DNA of 64,000 nt from Amoebidium appalachense (lineage: Eukaryota; Protista; Ichthyosporea), in contig CAVNZM010000006.1 of NCBI GenBank assembly GCA_963693365.1, positions 8,869,355-8,933,354 on the forward strand. The letters run 5' to 3'. This document shows, one piece after another, positions 13,252 through 26,848 of this stretch. The notes under the pieces are model-generated. The model was given only the letters and a program-made list of their open reading frames with translations. It made no database searches and was not told the origin of the DNA. Every line of letters starts with the position of its first letter. The stretch's first letter is position 1. The translations under genes were made by a program, and so were the position numbers.

Positions 13252-13627
13252 CACCACCAAGAAAAGCCCCTTTGCACACGAACAAATAAATTAGTGAGTA
13301 ACCCGCTAGAAAGTTGGCAAGGGGAAAGAAAAAAAGAAAGAATGCGCACAGTACTGAGATCTTTCCTCACCTGTGACTCGCCTGCAAACAATAAGGGGGT
13401 GGGGGGGGGTGGGGAGGAGGGCGGAGGAAAAGAGGGGGAGGGGGAGGGGGGGAAGGGGTGAGGGGGGGGGGGGGGAGGGGGGGGAGGGGAGGGGGGGGGA
13501 GAAAGGGGGGAGGGGGGGGCGATGGAGTCTAAGTTTCTGTGCGTCCATATGAAAACTCATCTGAAATTGTGTTTGCATATTCCAGGGACGTTCTTCGAGG
13601 ATTCAAGTGGCGGGTGACACAGCCTGA
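10714..13627 (+). CDS. Secreted repeat pro-peptide precursor (~158 aa, 5 exons) with RR dibasic processing sites
   Basis: Phase-0 GT-AG exons 10714-10893, 11623-11706, 12307-12393, 12936-13019 and 13586-13627 give [22 protein letters not shown]...[111 protein letters not shown]. Hydrophobic signal-peptide-like N-terminus. The last exon is the least certain. Confidence 0.75.
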
Positions 13628-14509
13628 GGGGTGATCGAGTGAACAGTCAACATACGTCATAGTATTCGATAGGGTGTTGGATACAGCTACCGTGCTTGGG
13701 CCCTGCTGTCTGCATGTTCAGCAGGCAGTGCCTGCACACACATCAACTAATAGATGGCTTATTTTTAACGCAATGTCTACCTTGTGCTCTTTGCAGGTGC
13801 AGCATCTGAGCGTTTGTGCTCTTTGACCACTAGTAAACGAAAGGCATATATTATAGTGACTACGAAGAACTATAACTGTACACCGTCAACCGTGCCATGT
13901 CCGACATCCTGTTCCGCAATTGAGTATGCTTTTCAAGTTCATATATTTACATATTTGTTGCCAATGGTATATTCATGAAGTTGTTGTGCAGCGTAGAACT
14001 TAGCCAAGGCGGCCCAGCAGTGCTAATAATGGGTGTGGGGGGAGGGTGCATGCAGATGAGACTTAAACGGTAGGTCACAGATGTCAAGGGGAAGGGCCGG
14101 GGGGAGGAAAGGGGAGGGGGGGGGGGGGGGGGGGGGGCGGGAGATGGAGCGGGGAGGGTGGGGATGGGGGGGGGGGGGAGGGGGGGTGGAGAGGGGTGTA
14201 ACATGTGCTCATATTCATCGGTGTAGATGTTGTCTCCGTGACCGTGTATATGTGTGTATTATGTGTGTGTACACGCGAGTGCGCATCTGTGATCCCACAG
14301 CTTTTTGGCATTGCAAGTGCACTTAACCCGTCCCCCCTCCCCCCTCCCCCCTCCCCCCTCCCCCCTCCCCCCCCTCCCCCCCCTCCCCCCCCCCCCCCCC
14401 AAAAAAAAAAAAAAAAAAAAAAGAAAGAAAGAAAGAAAAAAAAAAAAAGAAACTTACTTTTATAATAAGAAAACGAAAGCTTATTTTGAAAGGCTTTATC
14501 TCTGGGGGT

Positions 14510-14950
14510 CTTAATCCAGAAATACTTGCAATGGTGCCCAGGCCTAGGGGTCCCAATCTAGAAAAATACTTGGTACCAGGTGGGGTCCCATTTCATACAT
14601 ATTTAGTACCGGGGGTCCCAATCCGGAAATATGTACTTGGTCCCCGGGCCCAAGGATCCTTTAAAAAACACTTGGTCCCCGGGAAATGATTGGTCCAAAT
14701 CCAGAAATAATTGGTCCCGGGGGAAGGGGGGAGGGGGGGAGAGGGGGAGGGGGGAGGGGGTGTTCCAATCCAGAAACAGTTGGCCGGCAGCGGGGAGCTG
14801 GGGGAGGGGGTGGGCGCAGAAATACAGTTGGTCCCCGAGAGACCTGGGGGAGGGAAGAGGGCGAGGGGGAGGGGGAGGGGGAGGGGGAGGGGGAAGGGAG
14901 AACCTTTGAAGAGGGGAGGAGGTCCTTTACCCAGAAATAGTTGGTACCCA
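14510..14950. repeat. Degenerate tandem repeat, unit approximately AATCCAGAAATA(C)TTGGTCCCCGGGG(GTCCC)
   Basis: About 8-9 imperfect copies of AGAAATA..TTGGT(A/C)CC motifs, interrupted by G-runs. Confidence 0.6.
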
Positions 14951-15565
14951 CCGCCTCTAAGGCCTTGCTATATCTCATAATATACAATATATAATTAACC
15001 TAGCCAACGGACTACATGTAATCAAGCTTCCGGGTATACAGGGAGCCCGGCCAGATCTGAGCCGAGTATTGGGCTTTAATTTAGCTATGGCCAGGTCAAA
15101 GCGAGCCTCGGGTGCACCGCTGGATTAAGATTCGTCGCCCAAGCAGATTTATGTTGTGGCTCAAACCCATCACTATTTGCATGGAACACGGTGTTGCTTT
15201 TTCTTGAATGAAATTCCAAGAATTTTGAACGGCATACACGTAGATAACCGTTCCCGTGATGGGCTGACATGTGGACACACTACTTGACCACAAACAGACC
15301 AGCCATTTGCACCAAAATTACAATATAAATTTGACGATATACTGAGATTCTATGCTTACACTTCACCGCTTTGTACTCGTGTTCCCCACGGGGGCATGTA
15401 TTTAGGCACAAAAAGGCTTGGGCCTTCTAGGAAAGCCGACATTCCATGCTCCCATCTACTTACGAGGGATTTTGACCAGGTTCGTGGGTTTGTATGCCTG
15501 TGTGGCGTGCGTGTGCGTGCGTATGCGTGGGTACACGTGTGCTTGGGTGTGTGTGCGTGCGTGTG

Positions 15566-15610
<45 letters not shown>

Positions 15611-15647
15611 CTGCATGCAAATTCGCTTTTCGGTAAACAACTTACCA

Positions 15648-15870
15648 GGAATCTAATCAAGTTCAGGTCAGTAGCGACTAAAGACTAGCCACAACTACAC
15701 CAATGGGAATTTAATCGGTTCTCAGATCAAAAGCAACTGAATACTAAAAGGCCACATCAACTCCATCTAATCGGGTGTAGATCACAAGCAACTAAAGATT
15801 AGCCCCAAACCACTCCAAAGAGCACCCAAATCGAGTTCCGATCACAAACAACTAAAGATTAGGCAAAACC
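15648..15870. repeat. Degenerate ~60-bp tandem repeat (about 4 copies)
   Basis: Recurrent AATC..GATCACAAGCAACTAAAGATTAG motif at roughly 60-bp spacing. Confidence 0.6.
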
Positions 15871-17332
15871 AGATAAAGACCGGCTGGGATGCACTCATAC
15901 TGACCACACATGCTTCCACATGCCACACGCATTATGTGTGTGCACAAGTGCGTTTGCTTGTTGGTATGCAAGCATAGGTCTGACCACATATTACGATATG
16001 GTGCTCGTCACGTACAAACGAAAGGATGTGGCTTACACCATCGACACTCCGACCACGTGATTCGGTGTGCATGTGTGTGTGGGTGTAGGTGTGTATATCC
16101 CTAAACATGCACGGGTGTATGTGTGTGCGTCAAGTGTATAAATATGTGTGTGTTTCTAGTTACTGTCAACATGTATGTGTGTGTATTGGGGTTCAAATCC
16201 ATCACTGTAGTGGGGGTTGTGCCGGGTGCTTTGGTTTGATGGGTGTCCCAGTGGGCCTCCTGCCGCTACCAGACGGCCCGGGCCCCGGCACCCCCTCTCC
16301 ACGTAGTGTCTGCTGGGGCTTCGCCTCCCTTTTCGATGGTGTTCCACCTCCTTCTGCCCCTCCCTTCTCCACCCTTTTCTCCCCGCCTTCCGCATTCGTT
16401 CTTTGGCGGCTTCCGGGGGGAACATAGGGTGCAAACCCCCCGCGCACGAATTTGATGTCTCCTATACGATGTGCCGGTGTACCGCTACCGTGGCTTGACC
16501 CTTCGTCCCTTTGGGTGGCAGGTGCACGTGACCCATTGCCTGATTTGGGCGGGCGTGGGCGGTTCTGATTGGTAGAAGGGGTCCCGTGGACCTCATCTGA
16601 TTGGTGTGTTGTATCCGTGTGCGTTGATGAGGCCTGGCCATTGGCTCTATTGTTGCCCCCCCTTGCTTGGTTGCGTTTTGGTGTTGCATGGTGTGAGTTG
16701 TCCCTGTGATCACCCCCATGTGCCTGCGTGCGAGGTGCAGTATTTTGGCCATCGTGTGGTCTGTCTGTTGGGGGCAGTCTGTGCCGTGAGCCCCCCCAGC
16801 CGGGGTAAAGGCAGACCTTTGAGCTCTACGGTGGCTTGGGGGGGTGCTTGGCCCGGGGCTGACTGATATTTCATGTGTGTCCTCCTGTGTGCACAAACCA
16901 TGTGCTGTCAGGTTTAAAGCTTTATGCGAACCCCCCTCCACCCCCCCCCCCCCCCCCAACCCGCTCAATTCCTACCCCCCCCCCCCCCTCCCCCCCCCCC
17001 CCCCCGCCCCGGGGCCTCATCCCAACCCGCCCCACCTTACCCCACCCACCTCCACCATGGCGCGCACATACAAACAAGTACATTCCCTAGAATATACGCT
17101 ACTTGGGAGAGGGACAATGCAGCAATAATGTTGTGTCTGTGTGGGTGGGGCCATGGCAAGGTGCTGAGAAAAAAACTCGGGAGATAGGGGGATTAGAACG
17201 TATCATCAGGGAGGAAGTACGAATTTAGAATCGACAATTGTACTGTAGGCGTGCAAAAAGAGCAACTGCAACCCCCCCCCCCCCCCCTCCTCTTCTTCCG
17301 GGGGGCCCCTGCTAAAACACGAACATGGGAGC

Positions 17333-17381
<49 letters not shown>

Positions 17382-17383
17382 AC

Positions 17384-17433
<50 letters not shown>

Positions 17434-18279
17434 GCGCGTGCGCGCGCACACACACACAAACACACGGACGCACGCATGTGCGCGCACTCACACAACATCC
17501 GTTCGGGAAAAAAAGGGCCAGGGCCGGGGAGCACCCTGAAAGCATGAGAGGAATGAAGTGTTTGGTGTATAGGTAGTCACTGTGGTGATGGAGGTTATGG
17601 GGTGTTCACTGGTGGTTCAGGAGTCCGTATGTGCGTGGAAGGGAGGGAAGGGTGGATGGTGGCAGGTAAGCAGTGCAGCACCTTATTGTGGGGGGTGTCT
17701 CGGTGTGGGGTGCCGGGAGTGGCATAGGGACCCCTGCGACGGGGTGTTGTGTTTCTGTCGTCATGTTCATGGCCCCGCCAGTCACTCCGCCCATGACCCT
17801 GTGAGTGTGCAACATGTACGGCTCAGATTTCAACACATACGGATGGAAGCAAAAGGACTCACAACAGAGATGCAGCAACGGTTATTTCTTGCACTGAACA
17901 TTCAAATGTGTTACGAGCAAAAGCCAATAGATGGTGTGTGCATAAATGGGGAAAAACAATGAGGAAAAACACAGTGCAATTCAGTGCAAAGAAACAGAGG
18001 GGGCAAGCAGTCAAGGGGGCACGGGGCCAGAGGCCTTTATTGCAGCACCTGTGGGCTGCACCGCTGCCCCAGAAATATCTTACATGTGGCAATATATGCC
18101 CAGGCTTAAGATATGGCTGCCTGCCTTCGTCCCAACCCATATTCGTACTAGACAAATAATGTCAGGGTGTATGACCACGACACTTTACTGAGATTCCTAA
18201 AGAAATATGGATCATTCTTGCTTGAAGTTTCAACCTTGACCATACGTGAAGGTGATATTCCCTGACTCGAAATTACGCA

Positions 18280-18757
18280 CTATCGTGGGGGACCATAAAT
18301 CCCGTAAGTTGTTGGTCGTGTTTGCTGTGTGCCATACTGACCCATTACATGCTGGGGATATGTGCCATAACCTCGTGGTGTGTTGATATTTTGGGGTCGG
18401 GGGATACCATAACCCACCGCTGCATGTGGTCGTGCATATGTGTTGATGTTTTGGTTGATGTTTTGGTGGGGTAAGATAATAGGTGGGTTGGCAGGAGGTG
18501 TGGTGTATGCACGGTACTGTGACATGTGTTGTGTGTGTGGCTGTTGGTAGGGGGCATAGTGGTTTCTGGGTGGCTGGGGCCCAGGGCGGGCCAGCAGGCC
18601 AGGCTGCATGCCCACACTGACCTGTGCCCGGCCGGGTGTGCCTGGCAGGGGGTGAAGGAGTGGCCCAGTAGACCTGGGGTTGGAGGTGGTCAGATATGGG
18701 CATATAGCAGTTGGTATGTAGGGATAACGGTGGTGTGGGTCTTATGTGTGTGTGTGT

Positions 18758-18788
<31 letters not shown>

Positions 18789-19389
18789 GGAGGGGGGGGG
18801 GGGGGTTTGAATGCGTCAAAAAGTACGAAGTACACAGGAACAAACGGATAACACGATGCAGAATGCAGGGGGGGGGGGGGGGGGGGAAGGGGGGGGGGAT
18901 GGGCATGGGCTGACATGGAGATTTTCAATGAGTTGCTTATGTGGAGATCGGAATAGCTATCGTAAGAATGAAGAGTGCGTATGGTAGAGCTGGTGCATGC
19001 AACTGTGTACGTGTGCGTTTTGGGCAGTGGGATGGGGGGTAGCTACCTGTTGGCCATGGGTGGCTGCATGGGCAGATGGATGGGCTGGCCCTGTCATTAG
19101 GTGCAACGGTCAGTAAGAGGCACACACACGTACACACACACACACACACACACAGACACACACACACGCACACACACACAGACACACACAGTTGGCATTG
19201 TTGGTAATAGTGACTTTTTCGAAGCAAAAGTACAAGGAGCAGAGGTACCGTTGGGGGAGGGGGGGGGGGAGGGGGTTGTTATCAACGTGAAAGAAAAAAA
19301 AACATCGTGCCTCCAAGTAGAAGAGGAGAAAAGGACAAAATCTGGGGAGGGTGGGGTGAGGAGGGTGTGGAACTGGGGGGAGAGGGGGC

Positions 19390-19429
<40 letters not shown>

Positions 19430-20097
19430 ACCGGGTTCATTTGAGGCATGCCACGATAGCCGTAACGACCCTGAGGGAGCAAAGAATATGAGTGTAGAAC
19501 ACATTAGCAGTGGTAGTATGTTATTTAGTGGGGTCACAGGGAGACACCACATGCACGGGAGCGTGTGCTAGATGCACCTAAGCAATGGTCATGTTGAGCT
19601 GGCCGTGTGCCTTAACACACAACTAGCAGTCATGTTTTGCCTCGTACCCACAAAGTACATGATTGGCTAGTACCTGCCGAAGTAGAGGGGCGTTGGGGCT
19701 TGTGTCGCCGAAGGTCTCACTTATCAAAAACGGACATAGAAGAGGAGATTGATATTGAGATAAAGATGGGCTTTTTGGGGGGGAGGGGGGGGGGGGGGGG
19801 GGGCAAGAGGGAACCTAAGGATACGCACCATAGGACAATCTCTGGACAGATGGCCCGGCTGGCCGCACCTGAGACCCCATGGCACACAGTCAGTCCCCAG
19901 TGTCTTCCGCACACACACCTCCGGCATCACCAGCACCCGTGGCAAGCTATCAAACAAACATTGCTCCATCCCCTACTCCTTACCTCCCCTCCTCCCCCCC
20001 CTCCCCGCCCCCACCCACACACACATACACACACATGCCTCAAAAAAAAAAAAAAAAAAAAAAAGCCACGATCACTTCTCCAAGCTCCAGTCAAACC

Positions 20098-20129
<32 letters not shown>

Positions 20130-20177
20130 AAAAAAACAAAAAAAAACAAAAAAAAACAAAAAACAAAAAAACAAAAA

Positions 20178-20215
<38 letters not shown>

Positions 20216-21330
20216 ACCATCACCACCACAACCCACCCACCCACCGCCACCACACGCACACTAGCACCAGCACACAGGCGCGCGCACACACACAGACCTG
20301 TGGCAGGTGCGTGTGTCCTCCCTGGGCTGGGCCTTGCACTCACGGGACCAGTGCCCAAACTGCCCACAGCGGTTGCAGGCCCCCCGGTCCTTGCTCGGTG
20401 GCTCCTGCAATGACACGGTCAGTGAAAGTACATGCAAGGCAACAACGGGTGTGGATAGTTTAGGGTCTGAATGCATGGGTATGGTTGGATGGTACGGATA
20501 TCGGACCTACAGCATACCCCCCCCCCCCCCCCCCCCCCTCCCCCCACCACCACCACATTCACACACACACCCTTGCCCCCAACATACACATACACTAAGG
20601 GCAAAGAAGGACCCCCCCCCCCCCACCCCCCGGACTTGAGTGCACCCAAATACGTAGGGAGAGCCATTTAATAGTCGGGTTTCCGCAGTTTCCTTATCTG
20701 GGTAATCCGATCAAGCCGATTTCGGTCGAAGCCAACAACAAATACGCACCGGGCAGTCTCTCAGCTGGTGCCCTGTAGCGCCACAGTTGATGCAGCAGCT
20801 GCCAAAGCCAAGGGGGCAGTCCTTAAGGGTGTGATCCTTGGCCCCGCACGTCATGCACGACTTGTCGATGGCCTGCACGTTTGAAATTTAGTGTTTATTG
20901 CTGGGATGGGGGGATGTGGATTGCGTGGACATAGTGGTGTGTTATTTTCCCCGTCCTTGCTCTCTCGCAAGATTTGTTTATTCGTGTTCGTGTCTCCCCT
21001 ATGGAAGTGTTTTACTGACGGAGCTGATAGAACAAAAGGAAAGCAAACGCATATTGCAGAATCCACAAACACACACTGTGCAATTTAATGTTGCAGCATT
21101 GATGCATGTCACAATCAAGGAATACACGACCCCTTCACACACACCTTGATATCTGGCCGTGGCTGGCACACCACCTCCAAGAACTTGCCCCCTTGCAGCA
21201 GTTCGTGTGCTCTTTCGAATTCGCTAATAATCAGCATCTGTGTGTGGTATATATGTTAGGATTAGTGCTTGTGACTGGGGTGCGATCACCGCGTGTTAGC
21301 AGGAGAGAAATGAAACAAGGACATTTTTTT

Positions 21331-21361
<31 letters not shown>

Positions 21362-22077
21362 AGGCGGAGATGAACAAAAAGAACTTGATAGGGGCAAAGG
21401 TGCAGCCAAACGAACGAACAAATAAAGGCAGCCTCTGCCACCCAAAAAAAAACAACCACCAATCAAATAAACAAAATAAAAATATGTCGACCACGGCAGG
21501 ACTCGAACCTGCAATCTCCTGATCCGTAGTCAGATGCCTTATCCATTTGGCCACGCGGCCGTCGACATATATGATCATTACCCGCTGGCCCTCGGCCAGG
21601 GTATGCAAACAGCATTATGGGCACCCTTTGTCTCCACCTTGGTTCTTACGACGGACCCTCACTCGCACCAGATTGAGCAAAACACAATCCGATGACGTTA
21701 AAATCAGGAGGGAACGGTTCGATCCCCGAGCGAAATAAAGAAGCCGTTAGGCCCCTATAGCGGGGGTGGGGGTGGGGGGGCTGCATCCCCACCATTTAGT
21801 AATGGCCCAGACACACGTAGGGTTATAGTTACTGGTTTTATGCTTTCAACCTGGTTGTAAATTATAAAATACTGTGCTTTCTAGCGGTTTATGTGAGCGA
21901 TCTCCATATACCTAGGGGCCTCTGTCGTACGGACCTATCCCTCTGTGTAGGAATCACACGTACAAAGCCAGACCACTCGTTGTATAGTGATGGCTGGTAG
22001 TTTATAGAGTCAAAACTTGAGGCCCCATTAAATATTCTTGTGTTCGAGCAGTGAAACCCAAAGGGCACAAAAAACTA

Positions 22078-22116
<39 letters not shown>

Positions 22117-23009
22117 AATCGACCGCGGCAGGACTCGAACCTGCAATCTCCTGATCCGTAGTCAGGTGCCTTATCCAATTTGGCCACGCGGCCGTCGACG
22201 ATATTAGCTAGCCATTCCCGCCCCTCGCCCAATTCTCTTAGAACAAGGCCTCCTACTTCTTGACAGATCCAGAGTCCAAATTCGTCTCATTCTTGTGTCC
22301 CGCGCAGTGAAACACAAGGGGCATAAAAAAAACTATTTTAAAAAAGAAATTGATTTGCATATATTTCCATTGAACAGATCCAGCAATCTCCTGATCCGTA
22401 GTCAGGTGCCTTATCCAATTTGGCCACGCGGCCGTCCATGAGGTCCTCTGGCCATTCCCACCCCTCGACGCCATTCCCACCCCTCGACCATATGGGGCTA
22501 TAATGTTGTGTCATTCTTTGCTACTGAACCCTCCTGCACCTGGCGAGTGAAAATGGTACTGTGCTCGATTAAAACAGTCATTGGAGTATCAGTTGCATAT
22601 AATGTGTTAAAAACCACAGCCGACAACTCCAGATCTGCTGTTGACGATTACATTATCTCTGCATACGTGGTGGGGGAACGGTATTGAACTAAAACTTACG
22701 TACCCGACGAGAACGCAGAAATCTTCACGGGCAGGTGTCCATGAGGAAAAAAAAAAAAAAAAAAGGAAAAAAAAAGGGATCTCCGACCGCGGCAGGACTC
22801 GAACCTGCAATCTCCTGATCCGTAGTCAGGTGCCTTATCCAATTTGGCCACGCGGCCTCGGTGTCCAAATGTGCTGCTTCTGGCTCTCGAGAAAAAAATA
22901 AACGAAACGCCTGTGCTGCCGAATCCCTGTAACTAACTTAAGATGTACACCACGATTCTAACGCCGGGTAGCAAACAGAAAGGATCAAATACATCAAAAA
23001 AAGAGATGG

Positions 23010-23068
<59 letters not shown>

Positions 23069-23545
23069 CCAACGACCGCGGCAGGACTCGAACCTGCAAT
23101 CTCCTGATCCGTAGTCAGGTGCCTTATCCAATTTGGCCACGCGGCCTCGATGGTCCGGCGGGCTGCTGTGAGACACTCGTTTTTGCCATAATCACCGTTT
23201 GTGCTGAGGCTTAACTCTATGATAGCGATGAGCTCTAGCGATGTACACCACTAAAAGCCAACGCCGGGTGAAAGTCAAAAACGGGAGAAATATGCACAAA
23301 AACGAATAGACAAACGATCGGACAAAAGTGAACGACGAAACAAAAGTGAACGACCGCGGCAGGACTCGAACCTGCAATCTCCTGATCCGTAGTCAGGTGC
23401 CTTATCCAATTTGGCCACGCGGCCCACATGCTTACAGATAAAGCCGATGAGGCTGTTACAAATTTGAACAACGCTGTTGGGCGACATGCTATGATGTGTT
23501 TGACTGTGGTGGTGGTGCTGGTGCTGCGTGTGAATGCTTGTGTGC

Positions 23546-23576
<31 letters not shown>

Positions 23577-23590
23577 CTTTTTTTTTTTTT

Positions 23591-23634
<44 letters not shown>

Positions 23635-23697
23635 GAGAGAGAGAGAGAGAGAGTGGGAAACGGCAGTGTTTGTGTTTTTCTTTCTTGCTTCTTTTCA

Positions 23698-23739
<42 letters not shown>

Positions 23740-25511
23740 CCTTCTTCCCCGCCCATCCCCCCCCCTCCCCTCCTTTGCCCCTTCTTTCCCTTCCTTTCTT
23801 TTCACCTTCTTCCTTTCAGTTTTCTTTTTCTTTTCCTTTCCTTTTTCTTCTTTATAAGGGATGGAGGGAGGGTCGTTTGTTCAAAGTGTATGTTTCACTG
23901 CGCATATCACCGAGGGACAAGGGGCCCCAGGGAATATAATAATAGCAATGCAAGCACATACCATGCCAACCGGATCATAGATGACTGAGCCCAGGTCGTG
24001 TGGCTGCTCCAAAGGGTCTTGGATTGCTATGCGCCATTTCCGTGCCATGGTGGACGCCTTGTAGTCTCGTTTGTCCTGTGGATTAATAAAGACATAAGTT
24101 CGGGTGGAGGGTGGGGGGCAAACCATCGTAGGTGATCGATGTATACACACATCTTCAGACCGCTACACCCAAGTTTAATCCAATGACACAACCACTTCTA
24201 GTGATGGCTCCCTTATGGAGCGGTAGTCCTGTCCTCACCAACAAACTCGGATCCCCCCCCCCCGTCCTGGGGGGAAAGGGGGGAGAGGAGGGAAGAGAGA
24301 GAAAGAGAGAAAGAGAGAGGGAGACAGAGAGGGGGGGGGGGGGGGGGAGGGGGGGGGGGGGGGGGGGGGGGGTTTGAGAGGAATTAGAATAGGATAGAGG
24401 GCATCATGATGTATAAGAGCGAGGATATGCTGATACGGTTTGGGAACGGCACTGACCAAATTGGAGTCTCTGCCGATGGCCACGACCCTCCCCTTGAAGT
24501 CGAAATCATATGCAAAGAAGTTGAAGAATCCGAACTGATAAGAGGGCGGGTGTTAGGTCACTGGCTGATTTTAGGCTCTTTTCGACGGGAGAAAAGGGAT
24601 ATGGGGTTCAGCATTTATAGGTATGTGAGTGAGTGAATGGTTATGTGTGTATTTGTTCACAACCCGTGAGGGCACATAGTGTAACAAGCAGATGGGAGGT
24701 CTCCAATGAGGTGGGGTTGGCCAGAAGGATGTGTGCGTGTACTATGCACGTGCACGTGTGCAGAGAGGGTCTAAAAAAACAAGGGTTCTAAGTGAGGAAA
24801 AGGCTGTGTTGTGTCTGTCTTAGCCTCTCCCTCTCCGTCTCCCTCTTTCCCACCCCCCTCCCTTTCCGTGTGCCAGAGTGTGTATGTGTTTGTGTGGTGT
24901 CCGCCTGTGTGGGTGTGAGTAGTTTGTGAGTAGTTTGGGTTGGGTGTGTGTATGCAGGGGGGGGGGGGGGGGGGGGAGGGGGGAGGAGGGGTGGGGACAG
25001 GGGTGGGGGCGGGGAGGGGGAAAAGGGGGGGGGGGGGGGGGGGGGGGGGGGTGTGATGTTCGCGTAAGAGGGTTGGAAAGGTGGAGGAGACAACAAAGAG
25101 CAACAACAAAGTGTCACAAAGGTGGGAAATCCAAAATCAAACAATTCATGCGTGCAGGCAGAAGACACTTGAACAGAGCCCATCATCAGGGGGGTTCCTA
25201 TGCCTCCACAAAAGCATGGGTTTCGACTCTTCAACCTCTTGCGCGTGGTTTCCAACCCATACTTTGTTTCAACAGCAATAGGCGAGTCCACCCGTCTTTG
25301 GGGGGGGGGGGGGGGGGATTGGAGGTTCATGGTCTAACACACAGTTCGAAGTTCTGTCAGAGGATACACAAAAAAGGCACTTTGCAGAAAAAGAACAAGA
25401 TTGAACCATGAAACAATACGCGCGCAGGTAGTGGCCATCCTGGTGATGGTGGTGGTGGTGGTGGTGGTGGTGGTAGTGTGTGTGTCCTCTCTCTCTCTCT
25501 CTCTTTTTTTT

Positions 25512-25580
<69 letters not shown>

Positions 25581-26817
25581 TGTGTGTGTGTGTGTGTGTG
25601 TGTGGATGGGGGCCGGTGGCCCTGGGGGGGGGGGGGGGGGGGGGGGAGGGGGGGGGGGAAAGGAAGGTAGATGTGTGTTCGTTGCAGAGTAAAAACACAG
25701 ATTTAAGGAGTAAACGTGCGTACGTGTGTACGTGCATGTGTGTGTGTGTGTGTGTGTGTGGGAGTGTGTGTTGGAGGGGAGGGGTAAAATATACCAGGAG
25801 GGCGGCAACTGATTTGCGGTTTGGCTTTGAAAATGACATCTGCTTTTTGGCTGCTTCCACATCCACACAGAAAGTAACTCCGGGGGCCTGCTGGGAGCCC
25901 GGGGTTCGGCTGCATGGGTCGAAGACAGCCAGTAAGTATAGGCAAGAAAAGATATAACAAACTACACGTCTCCCCTGCAATTCCTGACATGATAGCCTAG
26001 CCACCAGTACACACATACTCGTACACAAAAACATCCAATTACGATTAGACACACGTATGAACAAACACATCAAGCACATGCGCGCACGCACGCACGCACG
26101 CACGCACGCACACACACACGTGCAATTGCACAAACAAGTGCATTTGCGCATACTTTGTCATTCAGGTGGTAAAAAAAAGGTAGCGGGCCGTGTGTGTGTG
26201 TGATATGAATCTCCCAACACCGTCGACACACATCAATCAAATACCCACCCAACCACACAGACACCCACCATAGGCCGGGGTTCTGCAGATTGCACAGAAC
26301 CGGCGGGCTGCACTGTTGTAGATAGAAAATCTGGGGGGATGAAGAAGAAACATGTTACAGAGTATGAAGTGCTAAAAAAAAAAACAAGTACAACGGGTGT
26401 GTACCATGATATACAAAGATAGAAGAAACATTGAGGCGGGGCAAAAAGCTACCAAAGGAAGAGGAGAAAAGGGATTATGACCGGACAAGAAGAACCGAGG
26501 GAAGGGGAGATGAAAGTTTTCGCTGAAATCAACGCACTACTGACTAAAGACCCCTCCTACCCCCACTTAAATATGATATCAGTAGCAAAGTCACTGAAAC
26601 AGTCCCCCTTGGACTTTGCCAACCTTCCCCTGACATTCCCCCACCCCTGTTTAGAGGCTATTGCAATAAACATGTGGGAAGGAAAGATGAGCAGGTATGA
26701 ACGAGACAGCCATGCCCCCCCTATCATGTCCTCACTGCCCTCGCTGACAGACAAGCATCACACTCTTCTTTCACAACCACTACCTCCTAGATCACTCATA
26801 GATCCCAGCCCCCCCCC

Positions 26818-26848
<31 letters not shown>

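Noticed and set aside
21700-21740. Isolated B-box-like GGTTCGATCCC
   Set aside because: No cloverleaf or A-box could be built around it.
21488-23424. Regularly spaced identical repeats suggesting a CRISPR array
   Set aside because: The repeats are 74-nt tRNA genes with long variable spacers in a eukaryotic intron; no cas genes are present.
24470-24500. Suspected frameshift in the TUTase PAP-associated exon
   Set aside because: Recounting gives AAG GGG AGG GTC GTG (KGRVV), so the frame is intact.
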